From the NCBI GenBank assembly GCA_949358305.1, contig OX442314.1:30938001-31002000 (forward strand): a stretch of DNA of 64,000 nucleotides. Direction: 5' to 3'. Under the pieces are notes generated by a model. It saw only the letters and a list, made by a program, of their open reading frames with translations. It had not been told where the DNA came from and ran no database searches. The DNA comes from Strigamia acuminata. Taxonomy: Eukaryota. The stretch's first letter is position 1. Every line of letters begins with the position of its first letter. This document shows, one piece after another, positions 24,563 to 40,668 of the stretch. The position numbers and the translations under genes were made by a program.

Positions 24563-25288
24563 ATGGCGCAAAAGAAAGCGGTTAGACCGACGATCAACGG
24601 CGTCAAGACGACTAAAAAGACTGTCGATGAGGATAATGTCAAAAACGAGGCTTCGACGACGACCGAGACGAACGATTTTCCACAAAACGACTCGACAAAC
24701 GCCAATAAAACGAACGAACCCGAAACGACAACAATTCCTACACCGGACGAAACCACGACCAAAATGTCGACAGATTTCGACGTCCTCCTCAAGCCAACAA
24801 CATCAATCGAGCTGAAGAAAGTGACGACACAAATCAAGACAACTCTTCGTCCGAAACTCAGTTTAAAACCGCACGAATTACGCAACGAAACGATCGGAAA
24901 CGACGTCACATCTCAGTCCCGTCTTCGAACAATAAGCAGCGAGACACCCAGATCAACATCGCCCAAAAAATCCACTCACAACACGGACGAAAATGCCCCA
25001 TTGAGTCGCCCATTGGTCTACGTGTCCTCGACATCTTTCCGACACAATCGCACGACTTCAAAACCAAACGAAACGACACCAGACGTGGCAAACACCAACA
25101 CCAAACCCCCACGCACCAAACCCACTCTATTCCCATCCTCCAGAACCAGAATTGACATCACAACCAAACCACTAACAACCAGACATCGTTCAACTAACAT
25201 TGCAACACAAACAACAAAACATCGTTCAACTGACATCACTACAAAACCACTAACGACCAGACATCGTTCAACCACAAAAGGGACGACG

Positions 25289-25319
<31 letters not shown>

Positions 25320-26695
25320 CCAGTACAACAACAAAAAAGACGACAACAACACCCATAGCATCAACAACTCCAATTTCGTCTCAACCGGTCGAAGACTTTG
25401 ACGAGATCGAAGCGTCATTCGTTGACGGCATATTTGGTTTGCGGCTCCCGACAGACTTCGACACAGACGGCGAAATAGACACAAAAACTACACCAAAACC
25501 AATCAAAACTGCAAAAACATTGGCAACCAAACAACCGAGCAAGCAAAGCAGATTCCCGACTACTACCGTCGGGTTATCCGAGGCTACGAAACCGAAAAAC
25601 CAAAAGACGAAACCGTTTGCCGAGCACGAGCGCGACAACACGCGAGACAACACGATCGGGCGACTGCAGCACAGCGAATCGGTTTTGATTCTCAGCACGA
25701 CGCCGTACCCTCGAATCCGTCCGAATTGGCACCGACGGAACCAAACCCGACCCACCACCGTGATAACCAACACGCAAATATCGGCCCTGGACGAAATGGT
25801 CATGAAATACCTAACGTCGACCACCCGCGCGTCCAAACTGACCGACGATTTTGACGCTTTCATTCTGACCGATCCGTTCGACACGAACAAAATCAAAACG
25901 AGCACCGCGGAGCCCAAAATGGACCCTGAGATCATCCCCGGTTACTTCACCGACGTTACCACGAAAGCGGAAAGCGTCACGCGACCCTCCAAAGTGACCA
26001 CCATTTTGACCAGCGGTCAGTTTCCGGTCATAGAAAAAGTGAACAACTTTAAATCGTCGCAAGCCGTTGGCGGGAATAACCTCGGGTTTCACCTACCGCC
26101 CAGTTTTTGGCCCACTCGTTACGCACTGACCACAACGCCGACGTTGCAAGCGCCGAAACGACAACGGTTGTTGTTTTCGTCCAAACGGAGACTCTCCGGT
26201 CAACATCGGCAGTCGCGGCGGTCCACGTACGATTACGGGTCGGTCACGTCGCCGTCGCCGAGTTTGATCGAGGACGACGTCACGGACACGTTGGTCAAGT
26301 TCGGGGTCCGTCTCGCGCGCTCGAAACGCGAGGAGAAGTCGCCGGCGGTCGTCAATCCGTTCCCGGAACACGTTGCGACGTACCAGCATCCGTTTTTCGG
26401 CCAAGTCGGCGTGTTGTTCAACAAGACGTCGGGCACGTTGCAGATGGAGTACGGGTTTTACGGGAAGGCGCATTTGTTGCCGTACGTGCAGAGCAATACG
26501 TTTCTGCTGCGATTTTTCAGCGCCGTTTGGTACGTGTCGGAAAGCGACGACAGCAGACGGCTACCGAGGAGTGTTTTCATGGTCCATTTCAAGGGGGGTT
26601 CGTCGGACGGGCGACCGGAACGATTTATTGTGCCTTTCTTCGATCCCCGATTGCCGCCTACGTTCGTTAGGGTTAGGTCTTCGGATAGGAAATAA
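24563..26695 (+). CDS. Mucin-like/DUF3471-like protein, copy 6 (K135)
   Basis: Intact 710-aa ORF. Confidence 0.8.
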
Positions 26696-26933
26696 ATAGA
26701 AGTTGGAAAGATATGGGGAGTGTTTGAGTATAATTATAGCGTTTTCTTGCTTTCTTTTTCACTACATTTTAATTGTTTTATTACTGTTACGATGGGAAAA
26801 AAGGAGCTTAATAATTGCCAAAAAACATTTTTTTTTTTACTCATTAATTTGAAATGTAAATAAAATAAAATAATTCTCCGATTTTTTCTTTTTTTGATGT
26901 GGAATTACGATCAAGCAGTCCTGCAGTTTGGGT

Positions 26934-27377
26934 TTAATTAAAATGTGGTTGGTCGACTCTGTTTTGGAGTGTGAGTTCAGTTTGACTGACGATGGTTGCA
27001 ATAAACAAACCCTGTCCGCCGGTAATGAACCGTAGTGGAAACTGAAATAATCCTCCGAGTTTATTATATTTTAATGTGGGAAACTCGAATAATATTTCTT
27101 TGCAAACCTGAGTTTCTTTCTGCACACGTTTGAAAGCGATAATTATACAATAATACAATAGCTTCCAATGAAGCAAATCTCATTTCATGGCAATGCAGTT
27201 TCTGGGTCCAGCTCCGAATGGGATGAGATACGTAAAAGGATTTACTGCGATTTGCTTTGTTTTCGGGAGAAAAACAAACCTGTTTTGAAGCAAAATAAAC
27301 ACAAGAAAACAGATTAAATTAAAGACTCTCTTATTTTACGAATCAATATACCTTTCAGGATCAAATGTTTGTAGATT
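26934..27377 (-). pseudogene. Cytochrome P450 3' fragment, copy 6
   Basis: Same as copy 1. Confidence 0.88.
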
Positions 27378-29173
27378 AATTAGATTAGATTAAATTAAAC
27401 CCGAATCCATTTTCATCCACAAAAATGCATTTTTACAGAAAAAAAAATCCATTTTTACAGAAAAAAAAATCCATTTTTACAGAAAAAAAAATCCATTTTT
27501 ACAGAAAAAAAAATCCATTTTTACAGAAAAAAAAATCCATTTTCATCCACAAAAATGCATTTTGAGACAAAAAAAAGCATTGACACAAAAAATGCATTTT
27601 CGGACAAAAGAAAGCATTTTGTTTTGAGACAAAAAAAAATGCATTTTGAGACAAAAAAAAAATCTATTTTCGTACACAAAAATGCATTTTGAGACAAAAA
27701 AAAGCATTTTGACACAAAAAAAGCATTTTGACACAAAAAATGCATTTTGACACAAAAAATGCATTTTCGGACAAAAGAAAGCATTTTGTTTTGAGACAAA
27801 AAAAATGCACGTATCACAGTGAAAAAAAAACGTCAAAAACAAATTTAAAAAAATGCAGTTTTACCTTCTACAATGTCCTAGTGGCCCGGGTGAAGTTGGG
27901 GGCCAAAACCTAGAAAAATAGGAAGAAATAAAACACAAAAAATCGATTTCTTTGCAGAAATGGCAAAAAAATCAACAGAGAACGAGCAAATACTCATCTA
28001 AAATCTAAAATCCATCCTCGGGGTCCTTTGGGCAGTCGAAAGTAGCTGGAATATAAAATAAAAATTAAATTACACACCGCAAATCGCTTGAAAAACCTCA
28101 ACAAAAATTAAGCCTACTCACTGCATACGCACGCGGTCGGGGCCGTTCCACGGGTGTTTGGCCGGTCGGAAATAGCTGAAATATAAAATATAAACTAAAT
28201 TAAACACCACAAATCGATTAAAAAACCTCATCATCATCATCATCAAAATCAAACAACACACCTACCGGTAGTGGAACATGGCTGCCGAGTGTCATCACGC
28301 TCAACAACAATCACAACCATCACAAAAATCACAATAAAATGGCTGCCTCGCTCGAGCTCTTCACCCGACCGATTTACTTTGTCGAATGGCACCATCCTGT
28401 CCGTGCACGAAGACTTTATGTAGACTAGACTATATATAGTAACCACCCAGATACACATAGACCTATACTTATATATAAATAATATAATGTTTTGTACCTA
28501 TCTAGAAATAAGTAGGCCTAAATTTAACATGCAATTGCATGTTAATCTGGGCACAAGTAGCGAAAATGACGCTCTTGACATCGCTCCAAAACCCGAGTTA
28601 GATCACAGATCACAGATCAGCTCTTAAAACTCTTGAATTTACTCGCTAGAGTGCGTCCATTAAGAATTAAATTCAATTTAAAAATTAAAAATTCGATTAA
28701 AAATTAAAATTAAAATTAAAAATTGAAATTACCGGTATTTCATTATTTACAATTGAAATTATCTAGAAATTATCTAGATTACACGCAGTCGGAGTCGGAC
28801 AGCATCTATACATCTATATTCTATCCGTGTTGTTTTAAACCTAACCGATGCGATCGACGTGTTGCCTAAAATCTACAAATCCAGCCGCTCCGAACTAACT
28901 CACCGATGAGCAGCGATTGATTAATTTATTGTATCAACCAAATTTCACTTTTCATTTTTCATTTTTCCCTTTTTTTCATTTCTAATTTCTCATTTTTAAC
29001 TTCTAACTTTTATTAGTTCTACCAAACGAATACGGCGTCACCCAGCGCAAAGTAGCTTTGCTTCCAGGCACCAAAAACATTATTAAAGACGATTTTAGAC
29101 TCTTGACAAATTTATCCTCTTTTATTATGAAACCTACTTACGTTAGTTAATTCTGCTTTCTCTTTTAAATATA

Positions 29174-29899
29174 ATGGCGCAAAAGAAAGCGGTTAGACCG
29201 ACGATCAACGGCGTCAAGACGACTAAAAAGACTGTCGATGAGGATAATGTCAAAAACGAGGCTTCGACGACGACCGAGACGAACGATTTTCCACAAAACG
29301 ACTCGACAAACGCCAATAAAACGAACGAACCCGAAACGACAACAATTCCTACACCGGACGAAACCACGACCAAAATGTCGACAGATTTCGACGTCCTCCT
29401 CAAGCCAACAACATCAATCGAGCTGAAGAAAGTGACGACACAAATCAAGACAACTCTTCGTCCGAAACTCAGTTTAAAACCGCACGAATTACGCAACGAA
29501 ACGATCGGAAACGACGTCACATCTCAGTCCCGTCTTCGAACAATAAGCAGCGAGACACCCAGATCAACATCGCCCAAAAAATCCACTCACAACACGGACG
29601 AAAATGCCCCATTGAGTCGCCCATTGGTCTACGTGTCCTCGACATCTTTCCGACACAATCGCACGACTTCAAAACCAAACGAAACGACACCAGACGTGGC
29701 AAACACCAACACCAAACCCCCACGCACCAAACCCACTCTATTCCCATCCTCCAGAACCAGAATTGACATCACAACCAAACCACTAACAACCAGACATCGT
29801 TCAACTAACATTGCAACACAAACAACAAAACATCGTTCAACTGACATCACTACAAAACCACTAACGACCAGACATCGTTCAACCACAAAAGGGACGACG

Positions 29900-29930
<31 letters not shown>

Positions 29931-31306
29931 CCAGTACAACAACAAAAAAGACGACAACAACACCCATAGCATCAACAACTCCAATTTCGTCTCAACCGGT
30001 CGAAGACTTTGACGAGATCGAAGCGTCATTCGTTGACGGCATATTTGGTTTGCGGCTCCCGACAGACTTCGACACAGACGGCGAAATAGACACAAAAACT
30101 ACACCAAAACCAATCAAAACTGCAAAAACATTGGCAACCAAACAACCGAGCAAGCAAAGCAGATTCCCGACTACTACCGTCGGGTTATCCGAGGCTACGA
30201 AACCGAAAAACCAAAAGACGAAACCGTTTGCCGAGCACGAGCGCGACAACACGCGAGACAACACGATCGGGCGACTGCAGCACAGCGAATCGGTTTTGAT
30301 TCTCAGCACGACGCCGTACCCTCGAATCCGTCCGAATTGGCACCGACGGAACCAAACCCGACCCACCACCGTGATAACCAACACGCAAATATCGGCCCTG
30401 GACGAAATGGTCATGAAATACCTAACGTCGACCACCCGCGCGTCCAAACTGACCGACGATTTTGACGCTTTCATTCTGACCGATCCGTTCGACACGAACA
30501 AAATCAAAACGAGCACCGCGGAGCCCAAAATGGACCCTGAGATCATCCCCGGTTACTTCACCGACGTTACCACGAAAGCGGAAAGCGTCACGCGACCCTC
30601 CAAAGTGACCACCATTTTGACCAGCGGTCAGTTTCCGGTCATAGAAAAAGTGAACAACTTTAAATCGTCGCAAGCCGTTGGCGGGAATAACCTCGGGTTT
30701 CACCTACCGCCCAGTTTTTGGCCCACTCGTTACGCACTGACCACAACGCCGACGTTGCAAGCGCCGAAACGACAACGGTTGTTGTTTTCGTCCAAACGGA
30801 GACTCTCCGGTCAACATCGGCAGTCGCGGCGGTCCACGTACGATTACGGGTCGGTCACGTCGCCGTCGCCGAGTTTGATCGAGGACGACGTCACGGACAC
30901 GTTGGTCAAGTTCGGGGTCCGTCTCGCGCGCTCGAAACGCGAGGAGAAGTCGCCGGCGGTCGTCAATCCGTTCCCGGAACACGTTGCGACGTACCAGCAT
31001 CCGTTTTTCGGCCAAGTCGGCGTGTTGTTCAACAAGACGTCGGGCACGTTGCAGATGGAGTACGGGTTTTACGGGAAGGCGCATTTGTTGCCGTACGTGC
31101 AGAGCAATACGTTTCTGCTGCGATTTTTCAGCGCCGTTTGGTACGTGTCGGAAAGCGACGACAGCAGACGGCTACCGAGGAGTGTTTTCATGGTCCATTT
31201 CAAGGGGGGTTCGTCGGACGGGCGACCGGAACGATTTATTGTGCCTTTCTTCGATCCCCGATTGCCGCCTACGTTCGTTAGGGTTAGGTCTTCGGATAGG
31301 AAATAA
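29174..31306 (+). CDS. Mucin-like/DUF3471-like protein, copy 7 (K135)
   Basis: Intact 710-aa ORF. Confidence 0.8.
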
Positions 31307-31544
31307 ATAGAAGTTGGAAAGATATGGGGAGTGTTTGAGTATAATTATAGCGTTTTCTTGCTTTCTTTTTCACTACATTTTAATTGTTTTATTACTGTTA
31401 CGATGGGAAAAAAGGAGCTTAATAATTGCCAAAAAACATTTTTTTTTTTACTCATTAATTTGAAATGTAAATAAAATAAAATAATTCTCCGATTTTTTCT
31501 TTTTTTGATGTGGAATTACGATCAAGCAGTCCTGCAGTTTGGGT

Positions 31545-31988
31545 TTAATTAAAATGTGGTTGGTCGACTCTGTTTTGGAGTGTGAGTTCAGTTTGACTGA
31601 CGATGGTTGCAATAAACAAACCCTGTCCGCCGGTAATGAACCGTAGTGGAAACTGAAATAATCCTCCGAGTTTATTATATTTTAATGTGGGAAACTCGAA
31701 TAATATTTCTTTGCAAACCTGAGTTTCTTTCTGCACACGTTTGAAAGCGATAATTATACAATAATACAATAGCTTCCAATGAAGCAAATCTCATTTCATG
31801 GCAATGCAGTTTCTGGGTCCAGCTCCGAATGGGATGAGATACGTAAAAGGATTTACTGCGATTTGCTTTGTTTTCGGGAGAAAAACAAACCTGTTTTGAA
31901 GCAAAATAAACACAAGAAAACAGATTAAATTAAAGACTCTCTTATTTTACGAATCAATATACCTTTCAGGATCAAATGTTTGTAGATT
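31545..31988 (-). pseudogene. Cytochrome P450 3' fragment, copy 7
   Basis: Same as copy 1. Confidence 0.88.
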
Positions 31989-33843
31989 AATTAGATTAGA
32001 TTAAATTAAACCCGAATCCATTTTCATCCACAAAAATGCATTTTTACAGAAAAAAAAATCCATTTTTACAGAAAAAAAAATCCATTTTTACAGAAAAAAA
32101 AATCCATTTTTACAGAAAAAAAAATCCATTTTCATCCACAAAAATGCATTTTGAGACAAAAAAAAGCATTGACACAAAAAATGCATTTTCGGACAAAAGA
32201 AAGCATTTTGTTTTGAGACAAAAAAAAATGCATTTTGAGACAAAAAAAAAATCTATTTTCGTACACAAAAATGTATTTTGAGACAAAAAAAAGCATTTTG
32301 ACACAAAAAATGCATTTTTATAGAAAAAAAAATCCATTTTCATCCACAAAAATGCATTTTGAGACAAAAAAAAGCATTTTGACACAAAAAAAGCATTTTG
32401 ACACAAAAAATGCATTTTGACACAAAAAATGCATTTTCGGACAAAAGAAAGCATTTTGTTTTGAGACAAAAAAAATGCACGTATCACAGTGAAAAAAAAA
32501 CGTCAAAAACAAATTTAAAAAAATGCAGTTTTACCTTCTACAATGTCCTAGTGGCCCGGGTGAAGTTGGGGGCCAAAACCTAGAAAAATAGGAAGAAATA
32601 AAACACAAAAAATCGATTTCTTTGCAGAAATGGCAAAAAAATCAACAGAGAACGAGCAAATACTCATCTAAAATCTAAAATCCATCCTCGGGGTCCTTTG
32701 GGCAGTCGAAAGTAGCTGGAATATAAAATAAAAATTAAATTACACACCGCAAATCGCTTGAAAAACCTCAACAAAAATTAAGCCTACTCACTGCATACGC
32801 ACGCGGTCGGGGCCGTTCCACGGGTGTTTGGCCGGTCGGAAATAGCTGAAATATAAAATATAAACTAAATTAAACACCACAAATCGATTAAAAAACCTCA
32901 TCATCATCATCATCAAAATCAAACAACACACCTACCGGTAGTGGAACATGGCTGCCGAGTGTCATCACGCTCAACAACAATCACAACCATCACAAAAATC
33001 ACAATAAAATGGCTGCCTCGCTCGAGCTCTTCACCCGACCGATTTACTTTGTCGAATGGCACCATCCTGTCCGTGCACGAAGACTTTATGTAGACTAGAC
33101 TATATATAGTAACCACCCAGATACACATAGACCTATACTTATATATAAATAATATAATGTTTTGTACCTATCTAGAAATAAGTAGGCCTAAATTTAACAT
33201 GCAATTGCATGTTAATCTGGGCACAAGTAGCGAAAATGACGCTCTTGACATCGCTCCAAAACCCGAGTTAGATCACAGATCACAGATCAGCTCTTAAAAC
33301 TCTTGAATTTACTCGCTAGAGTGCGTCCATTAAGAATTAAATTCAATTTAAAAATTAAAAATTCGATTAAAAATTAAAATTAAAATTAAAAATTGAAATT
33401 ACCGGTATTTCATTATTTACAATTGAAATTATCTAGAAATTATCTAGATTACACGCAGTCGGAGTCGGACAGCATCTATACATCTATATTCTATCCGTGT
33501 TGTTTTAAACCTAACCGATGCGATCGACGTGTTGCCTAAAATCTACAAATCCAGCCGCTCCGAACTAACTCACCGATGAGCAGCGATTGATTAATTTATT
33601 GTATCAACCAAATTTCACTTTTCATTTTTCATTTTTCCCTTTTTTTCATTTCTAATTTCTCATTTTTAACTTCTAACTTTTATTAGTTCTACCAAACGAA
33701 TACGGCGTCACCCAGCGCAAAGTAGCTTTGCTTCCAGGCACCAAAAACATTATTAAAGACGATTTTAGACTCTTGACAAATTTATCCTCTTTTATTATGA
33801 AACCTACTTACGTTAGTTAATTCTGCTTTCTCTTTTAAATATA

Positions 33844-34569
33844 ATGGCGCAAAAGAAAGCGGTTAGACCGACGATCAACGGCGTCAAGACGACTAAAAAG
33901 ACTGTCGATGAGGATAATGTCAAAAACGAGGCTTCGACGACGACCGAGACGAACGATTTTCCACAAAACGACTCGACAAACGCCAATAAAACGAACGAAC
34001 CCGAAACGACAACAATTCCTACACCGGACGAAACCACGACCAAAATGTCGACAGATTTCGACGTCCTCCTCAAGCCAACAACATCAATCGAGCTGAAGAA
34101 AGTGACGACACAAATCAAGACAACTCTTCGTCCGAAACTCAGTTTAAAACCGCACGAATTACGCAACGAAACGATCGGAAACGACGTCACATCTCAGTCC
34201 CGTCTTCGAACAATAAGCAGCGAGACACCCAGATCAACATCGCCCAACAAATCCACTCACAACACGGACGAAAATGCCCCATTGAGTCGCCCATTGGTCT
34301 ACGTGTCCTCGACATCTTTCCGACACAATCGCACGACTTCAAAACCAAACGAAACGACACCAGACGTGGCAAACACCAACACCAAACCCCCACGCACCAA
34401 ACCCACTCTATTCCCATCCTCCAGAACCAGAATTGACATCACAACCAAACCACTAACAACCAGACATCGTTCAACTAACATTGCAACACAAACAACAAAA
34501 CATCGTTCAACTGACATCACTACAAAACCACTAACGACCAGACATCGTTCAACCACAAAAGGGACGACG

Positions 34570-34600
<31 letters not shown>

Positions 34601-35976
34601 CCAGTACAACAACAAAAAAGACGACAACAACACCCATAGCATCAACAACTCCAATTTCGTCTCAACCGGTCGAAGACTTTGACGAGATCGAAGCGTCATT
34701 CGTTGACGGCATATTTGGTTTGCGGCTCCCGACAGACTTCGACACAGACGGCGAAATAGACACAAAAACTACACCAAAACCAATCAAAACTGCAAAAACA
34801 TTGGCAACCAAACAACCGAGCAAGCAAAGCAGATTCCCGACTACTACCGTCGGGTTATCCGAGGCTACGAAACCGAAAAACCAAAAGACGAAACCGTTTG
34901 CCGAGCACGAGCGCGACAACACGCGAGACAACACGATCGGGCGACTGCAGCACAGCGAATCGGTTTTGATTCTCAGCACGACGCCGTACCCTCGAATCCG
35001 TCCGAATTGGCACCGACGGAACCAAACCCGACCCACCACCGTGATAACCAACACGCAAATATCGGCCCTGGACGAAATGGTCATGAAATACCTAACGTCG
35101 ACCACCCGCGCGTCCAAACTGACCGACGATTTTGACGCTTTCATTCTGACCGATCCGTTCGACACGAACAAAATCAAAACGAGCACCGCGGAGCCCAAAA
35201 TGGACCCTGAGATCATCCCCGGTTACTTCACCGACGTTACCACGAAAGCGGAAAGCGTCACGCGACCCTCCAAAGTGACCACCATTTTGACCAGCGGTCA
35301 GTTTCCGGTCATAGAAAAAGTGAACAACTTTAAATCGTCGCAAGCCGTTGGCGGGAATAACCTCGGGTTTCACCTACCGCCCAGTTTTTGGCCCACTCGT
35401 TACGCACTGACCACAACGCCGACGTTGCAAGCGCCGAAACGACAACGGTTGTTGTTTTCGTCCAAACGGAGACTCTCCGGTCAACATCGGCAGTCGCGGC
35501 GGTCCACGTACGATTACGGGTCGGTCACGTCGCCGTCGCCGAGTTTGATCGAGGACGACGTCACGGACACGTTGGTCAAGTTCGGGGTCCGTCTCGCGCG
35601 CTCGAAACGCGAGGAGAAGTCGCCGGCGGTCGTCAATCCGTTCCCGGAACACGTTGCGACGTACCAGCATCCGTTTTTCGGCCAAGTCGGCGTGTTGTTC
35701 AACAAGACGTCGGGCACGTTGCAGATGGAGTACGGGTTTTACGGGAAGGCGCATTTGTTGCCGTACGTGCAGAGCAATACGTTTCTGCTGCGATTTTTCA
35801 GCGCCGTTTGGTACGTGTCGGAAAGCGACGACAGCAGACGGCTACCGAGGAGTGTTTTCATGGTCCATTTCAAGGGGGGTTCGTCGGACGGGCGACCGGA
35901 ACGATTTATTGTGCCTTTCTTCGATCCCCGATTGCCGCCTACGTTCGTTAGGGTTAGGTCTTCGGATAGGAAATAA
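33844..35976 (+). CDS. Mucin-like/DUF3471-like protein, copy 8 (N135)
   Basis: Intact 710-aa ORF. Confidence 0.8.
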
Positions 35977-36214
35977 ATAGAAGTTGGAAAGATATGGGGA
36001 GTGTTTGAGTATAATTATAGCGTTTTCTTGCTTTCTTTTTCACTACATTTTAATTGTTTTATTACTGTTACGATGGGAAAAAAGGAGCTTAATAATTGCC
36101 AAAAAACATTTTTTTTTTTACTCATTAATTTGAAATGTAAATAAAATAAAATAATTCTCCGATTTTTTCTTTTTTTGATGTGGAATTACGATCAAGCAGT
36201 CCTGCAGTTTGGGT

Positions 36215-36658
36215 TTAATTAAAATGTGGTTGGTCGACTCTGTTTTGGAGTGTGAGTTCAGTTTGACTGACGATGGTTGCAATAAACAAACCCTGTCCGC
36301 CGGTAATGAACCGTAGTGGAAACTGAAATAATCCTCCGAGTTTATTATATTTTAATGTGGGAAACTCGAATAATATTTCTTTGCAAACCTGAGTTTCTTT
36401 CTGCACACGTTTGAAAGCGATAATTATACAATAATACAATAGCTTCCAATGAAGCAAATCTCATTTCATGGCAATGCAGTTTCTGGGTCCAGCTCCGAAT
36501 GGGATGAGATACGTAAAAGGATTTACTGCGATTTGCTTTGTTTTCGGGAGAAAAACAAACCTGTTTTGAAGCAAAATAAACACAAGAAAACAGATTAAAT
36601 TAAAGACTCTCTTATTTTACGAATCAATATACCTTTCAGGATCAAATGTTTGTAGATT
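36215..36658 (-). pseudogene. Cytochrome P450 3' fragment, copy 8
   Basis: Same as copy 1. Confidence 0.88.
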
Positions 36659-38535
36659 AATTAGATTAGATTAAATTAAACCCGAATCCATTTTCATCCA
36701 CAAAAATGCATTTTTACAGAAAAAAAAATCCATTTTTACAGAAAAAAAAATCCATTTTTACAGAAAAAAAAATCCATTTTTACAGAAAAAAAAATCCATT
36801 TTTACAGAAAAAAAAATCCATTTTCATCCACAAAAATGCATTTTGAGACAAAAAAAAGCATTGACACAAAAAATGCATTTTCGGACAAAAGAAAGCATTT
36901 TGTTTTGAGACAAAAAAAAATGCATTTTGAGACAAAAAAAAAATCTATTTTCGTACACAAAAATGTATTTTGAGACAAAAAAAAGCATTTTGACACAAAA
37001 AATGCATTTTTATAGAAAAAAAAATCCATTTTCATCCACAAAAATGCATTTTGAGACAAAAAAAAGCATTTTGACACAAAAAAAGCATTTTGACACAAAA
37101 AATGCATTTTGACACAAAAAATGCATTTTCGGACAAAAGAAAGCATTTTGTTTTGAGACAAAAAAAATGCACGTATCACAGTGAAAAAAAAACGTCAAAA
37201 ACAAATTTAAAAAAATGCAGTTTTACCTTCTACAATGTCCTAGTGGCCCGGGTGAAGTTGGGGGCCAAAACCTAGAAAAATAGGAAGAAATAAAACACAA
37301 AAAATCGATTTCTTTGCAGAAATGGCAAAAAAATCAACAGAGAACGAGCAAATACTCATCTAAAATCTAAAATCCATCCTCGGGGTCCTTTGGGCAGTCG
37401 AAAGTAGCTGGAATATAAAATAAAAATTAAATTACACACCGCAAATCGCTTGAAAAACCTCAACAAAAATTAAGCCTACTCACTGCATACGCACGCGGTC
37501 GGGGCCGTTCCACGGGTGTTTGGCCGGTCGGAAATAGCTGAAATATAAAATATAAACTAAATTAAACACCACAAATCGATTAAAAAACCTCATCATCATC
37601 ATCATCAAAATCAAACAACACACCTACCGGTAGTGGAACATGGCTGCCGAGTGTCATCACGCTCAACAACAATCACAACCATCACAAAAATCACAATAAA
37701 ATGGCTGCCTCGCTCGAGCTCTTCACCCGACCGATTTACTTTGTCGAATGGCACCATCCTGTCCGTGCACGAAGACTTTATGTAGACTAGACTATATATA
37801 GTAACCACCCAGATACACATAGACCTATACTTATATATAAATAATATAATGTTTTGTACCTATCTAGAAATAAGTAGGCCTAAATTTAACATGCAATTGC
37901 ATGTTAATCTGGGCACAAGTAGCGAAAATGACGCTCTTGACATCGCTCCAAAACCCGAGTTAGATCACAGATCACAGATCAGCTCTTAAAACTCTTGAAT
38001 TTACTCGCTAGAGTGCGTCCATTAAGAATTAAATTCAATTTAAAAATTAAAAATTCGATTAAAAATTAAAATTAAAATTAAAAATTGAAATTACCGGTAT
38101 TTCATTATTTACAATTGAAATTATCTAGAAATTATCTAGATTACACGCAGTCGGAGTCGGACAGCATCTATACATCTATATTCTATCCGTGTTGTTTTAA
38201 ACCTAACCGATGCGATCGACGTGTTGCCTAAAATCTACAAATCCAGCCGCTCCGAACTAACTCACCGATGAGCAGCGATTGATTAATTTATTGTATCAAC
38301 CAAATTTCACTTTTCATTTTTCATTTTTCCCTTTTTTTCATTTCTAATTTCTCATTTTTAACTTCTAACTTTTATTAGTTCTACCAAACGAATACGGCGT
38401 CACCCAGCGCAAAGTAGCTTTGCTTCCAGGCACCAAAAACATTATTAAAGACGATTTTAGACTCTTGACAAATTTATCCTCTTTTATTATGAAACCTACT
38501 TACGTTAGTTAATTCTGCTTTCTCTTTTAAATATA

Positions 38536-39261
38536 ATGGCGCAAAAGAAAGCGGTTAGACCGACGATCAACGGCGTCAAGACGACTAAAAAGACTGTCGA
38601 TGAGGATAATGTCAAAAACGAGGCTTCGACGACGACCGAGACGAACGATTTTCCACAAAACGACTCGACAAACGCCAATAAAACGAACGAACCCGAAACG
38701 ACAACAATTCCTACACCGGACGAAACCACGACCAAAATGTCGACAGATTTCGACGTCCTCCTCAAGCCAACAACATCAATCGAGCTGAAGAAAGTGACGA
38801 CACAAATCAAGACAACTCTTCGTCCGAAACTCAGTTTAAAACCGCACGAATTACGCAACGAAACGATCGGAAACGACGTCACATCTCAGTCCCGTCTTCG
38901 AACAATAAGCAGCGAGACACCCAGATCAACATCGCCCAACAAATCCACTCACAACACGGACGAAAATGCCCCATTGAGTCGCCCATTGGTCTACGTGTCC
39001 TCGACATCTTTCCGACACAATCGCACGACTTCAAAACCAAACGAAACGACACCAGACGTGGCAAACACCAACACCAAACCCCCACGCACCAAACCCACTC
39101 TATTCCCATCCTCCAGAACCAGAATTGACATCACAACCAAACCACTAACAACCAGACATCGTTCAACTAACATTGCAACACAAACAACAAAACATCGTTC
39201 AACTGACATCACTACAAAACCACTAACGACCAGACATCGTTCAACCACAAAAGGGACGACG

Positions 39262-39292
<31 letters not shown>

Positions 39293-40668
39293 CCAGTACA
39301 ACAACAAAAAAGACGACAACAACACCCATAGCATCAACAACTCCAATTTCGTCTCAACCGGTCGAAGACTTTGACGAGATCGAAGCGTCATTCGTTGACG
39401 GCATATTTGGTTTGCGGCTCCCGACAGACTTCGACACAGACGGCGAAATAGACACAAAAACTACACCAAAACCAATCAAAACTGCAAAAACATTGGCAAC
39501 CAAACAACCGAGCAAGCAAAGCAGATTCCCGACTACTACCGTCGGGTTATCCGAGGCTACGAAACCGAAAAACCAAAAGACGAAACCGTTTGCCGAGCAC
39601 GAGCGCGACAACACGCGAGACAACACGATCGGGCGACTGCAGCACAGCGAATCGGTTTTGATTCTCAGCACGACGCCGTACCCTCGAATCCGTCCGAATT
39701 GGCACCGACGGAACCAAACCCGACCCACCACCGTGATAACCAACACGCAAATATCGGCCCTGGACGAAATGGTCATGAAATACCTAACGTCGACCACCCG
39801 CGCGTCCAAACTGACCGACGATTTTGACGCTTTCATTCTGACCGATCCGTTCGACACGAACAAAATCAAAACGAGCACCGCGGAGCCCAAAATGGACCCT
39901 GAGATCATCCCCGGTTACTTCACCGACGTTACCACGAAAGCGGAAAGCGTCACGCGACCCTCCAAAGTGACCACCATTTTGACCAGCGGTCAGTTTCCGG
40001 TCATAGAAAAAGTGAACAACTTTAAATCGTCGCAAGCCGTTGGCGGGAATAACCTCGGGTTTCACCTACCGCCCAGTTTTTGGCCCACTCGTTACGCACT
40101 GACCACAACGCCGACGTTGCAAGCGCCGAAACGACAACGGTTGTTGTTTTCGTCCAAACGGAGACTCTCCGGTCAACATCGGCAGTCGCGGCGGTCCACG
40201 TACGATTACGGGTCGGTCACGTCGCCGTCGCCGAGTTTGATCGAGGACGACGTCACGGACACGTTGGTCAAGTTCGGGGTCCGTCTCGCGCGCTCGAAAC
40301 GCGAGGAGAAGTCGCCGGCGGTCGTCAATCCGTTCCCGGAACACGTTGCGACGTACCAGCATCCGTTTTTCGGCCAAGTCGGCGTGTTGTTCAACAAGAC
40401 GTCGGGCACGTTGCAGATGGAGTACGGGTTTTACGGGAAGGCGCATTTGTTGCCGTACGTGCAGAGCAATACGTTTCTGCTGCGATTTTTCAGCGCCGTT
40501 TGGTACGTGTCGGAAAGCGACGACAGCAGACGGCTACCGAGGAGTGTTTTCATGGTCCATTTCAAGGGGGGTTCGTCGGACGGGCGACCGGAACGATTTA
40601 TTGTGCCTTTCTTCGATCCCCGATTGCCGCCTACGTTCGTTAGGGTTAGGTCTTCGGATAGGAAATAA
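38536..40668 (+). CDS. Mucin-like/DUF3471-like protein, copy 9 (N135)
   Basis: Intact 710-aa ORF. Confidence 0.8.
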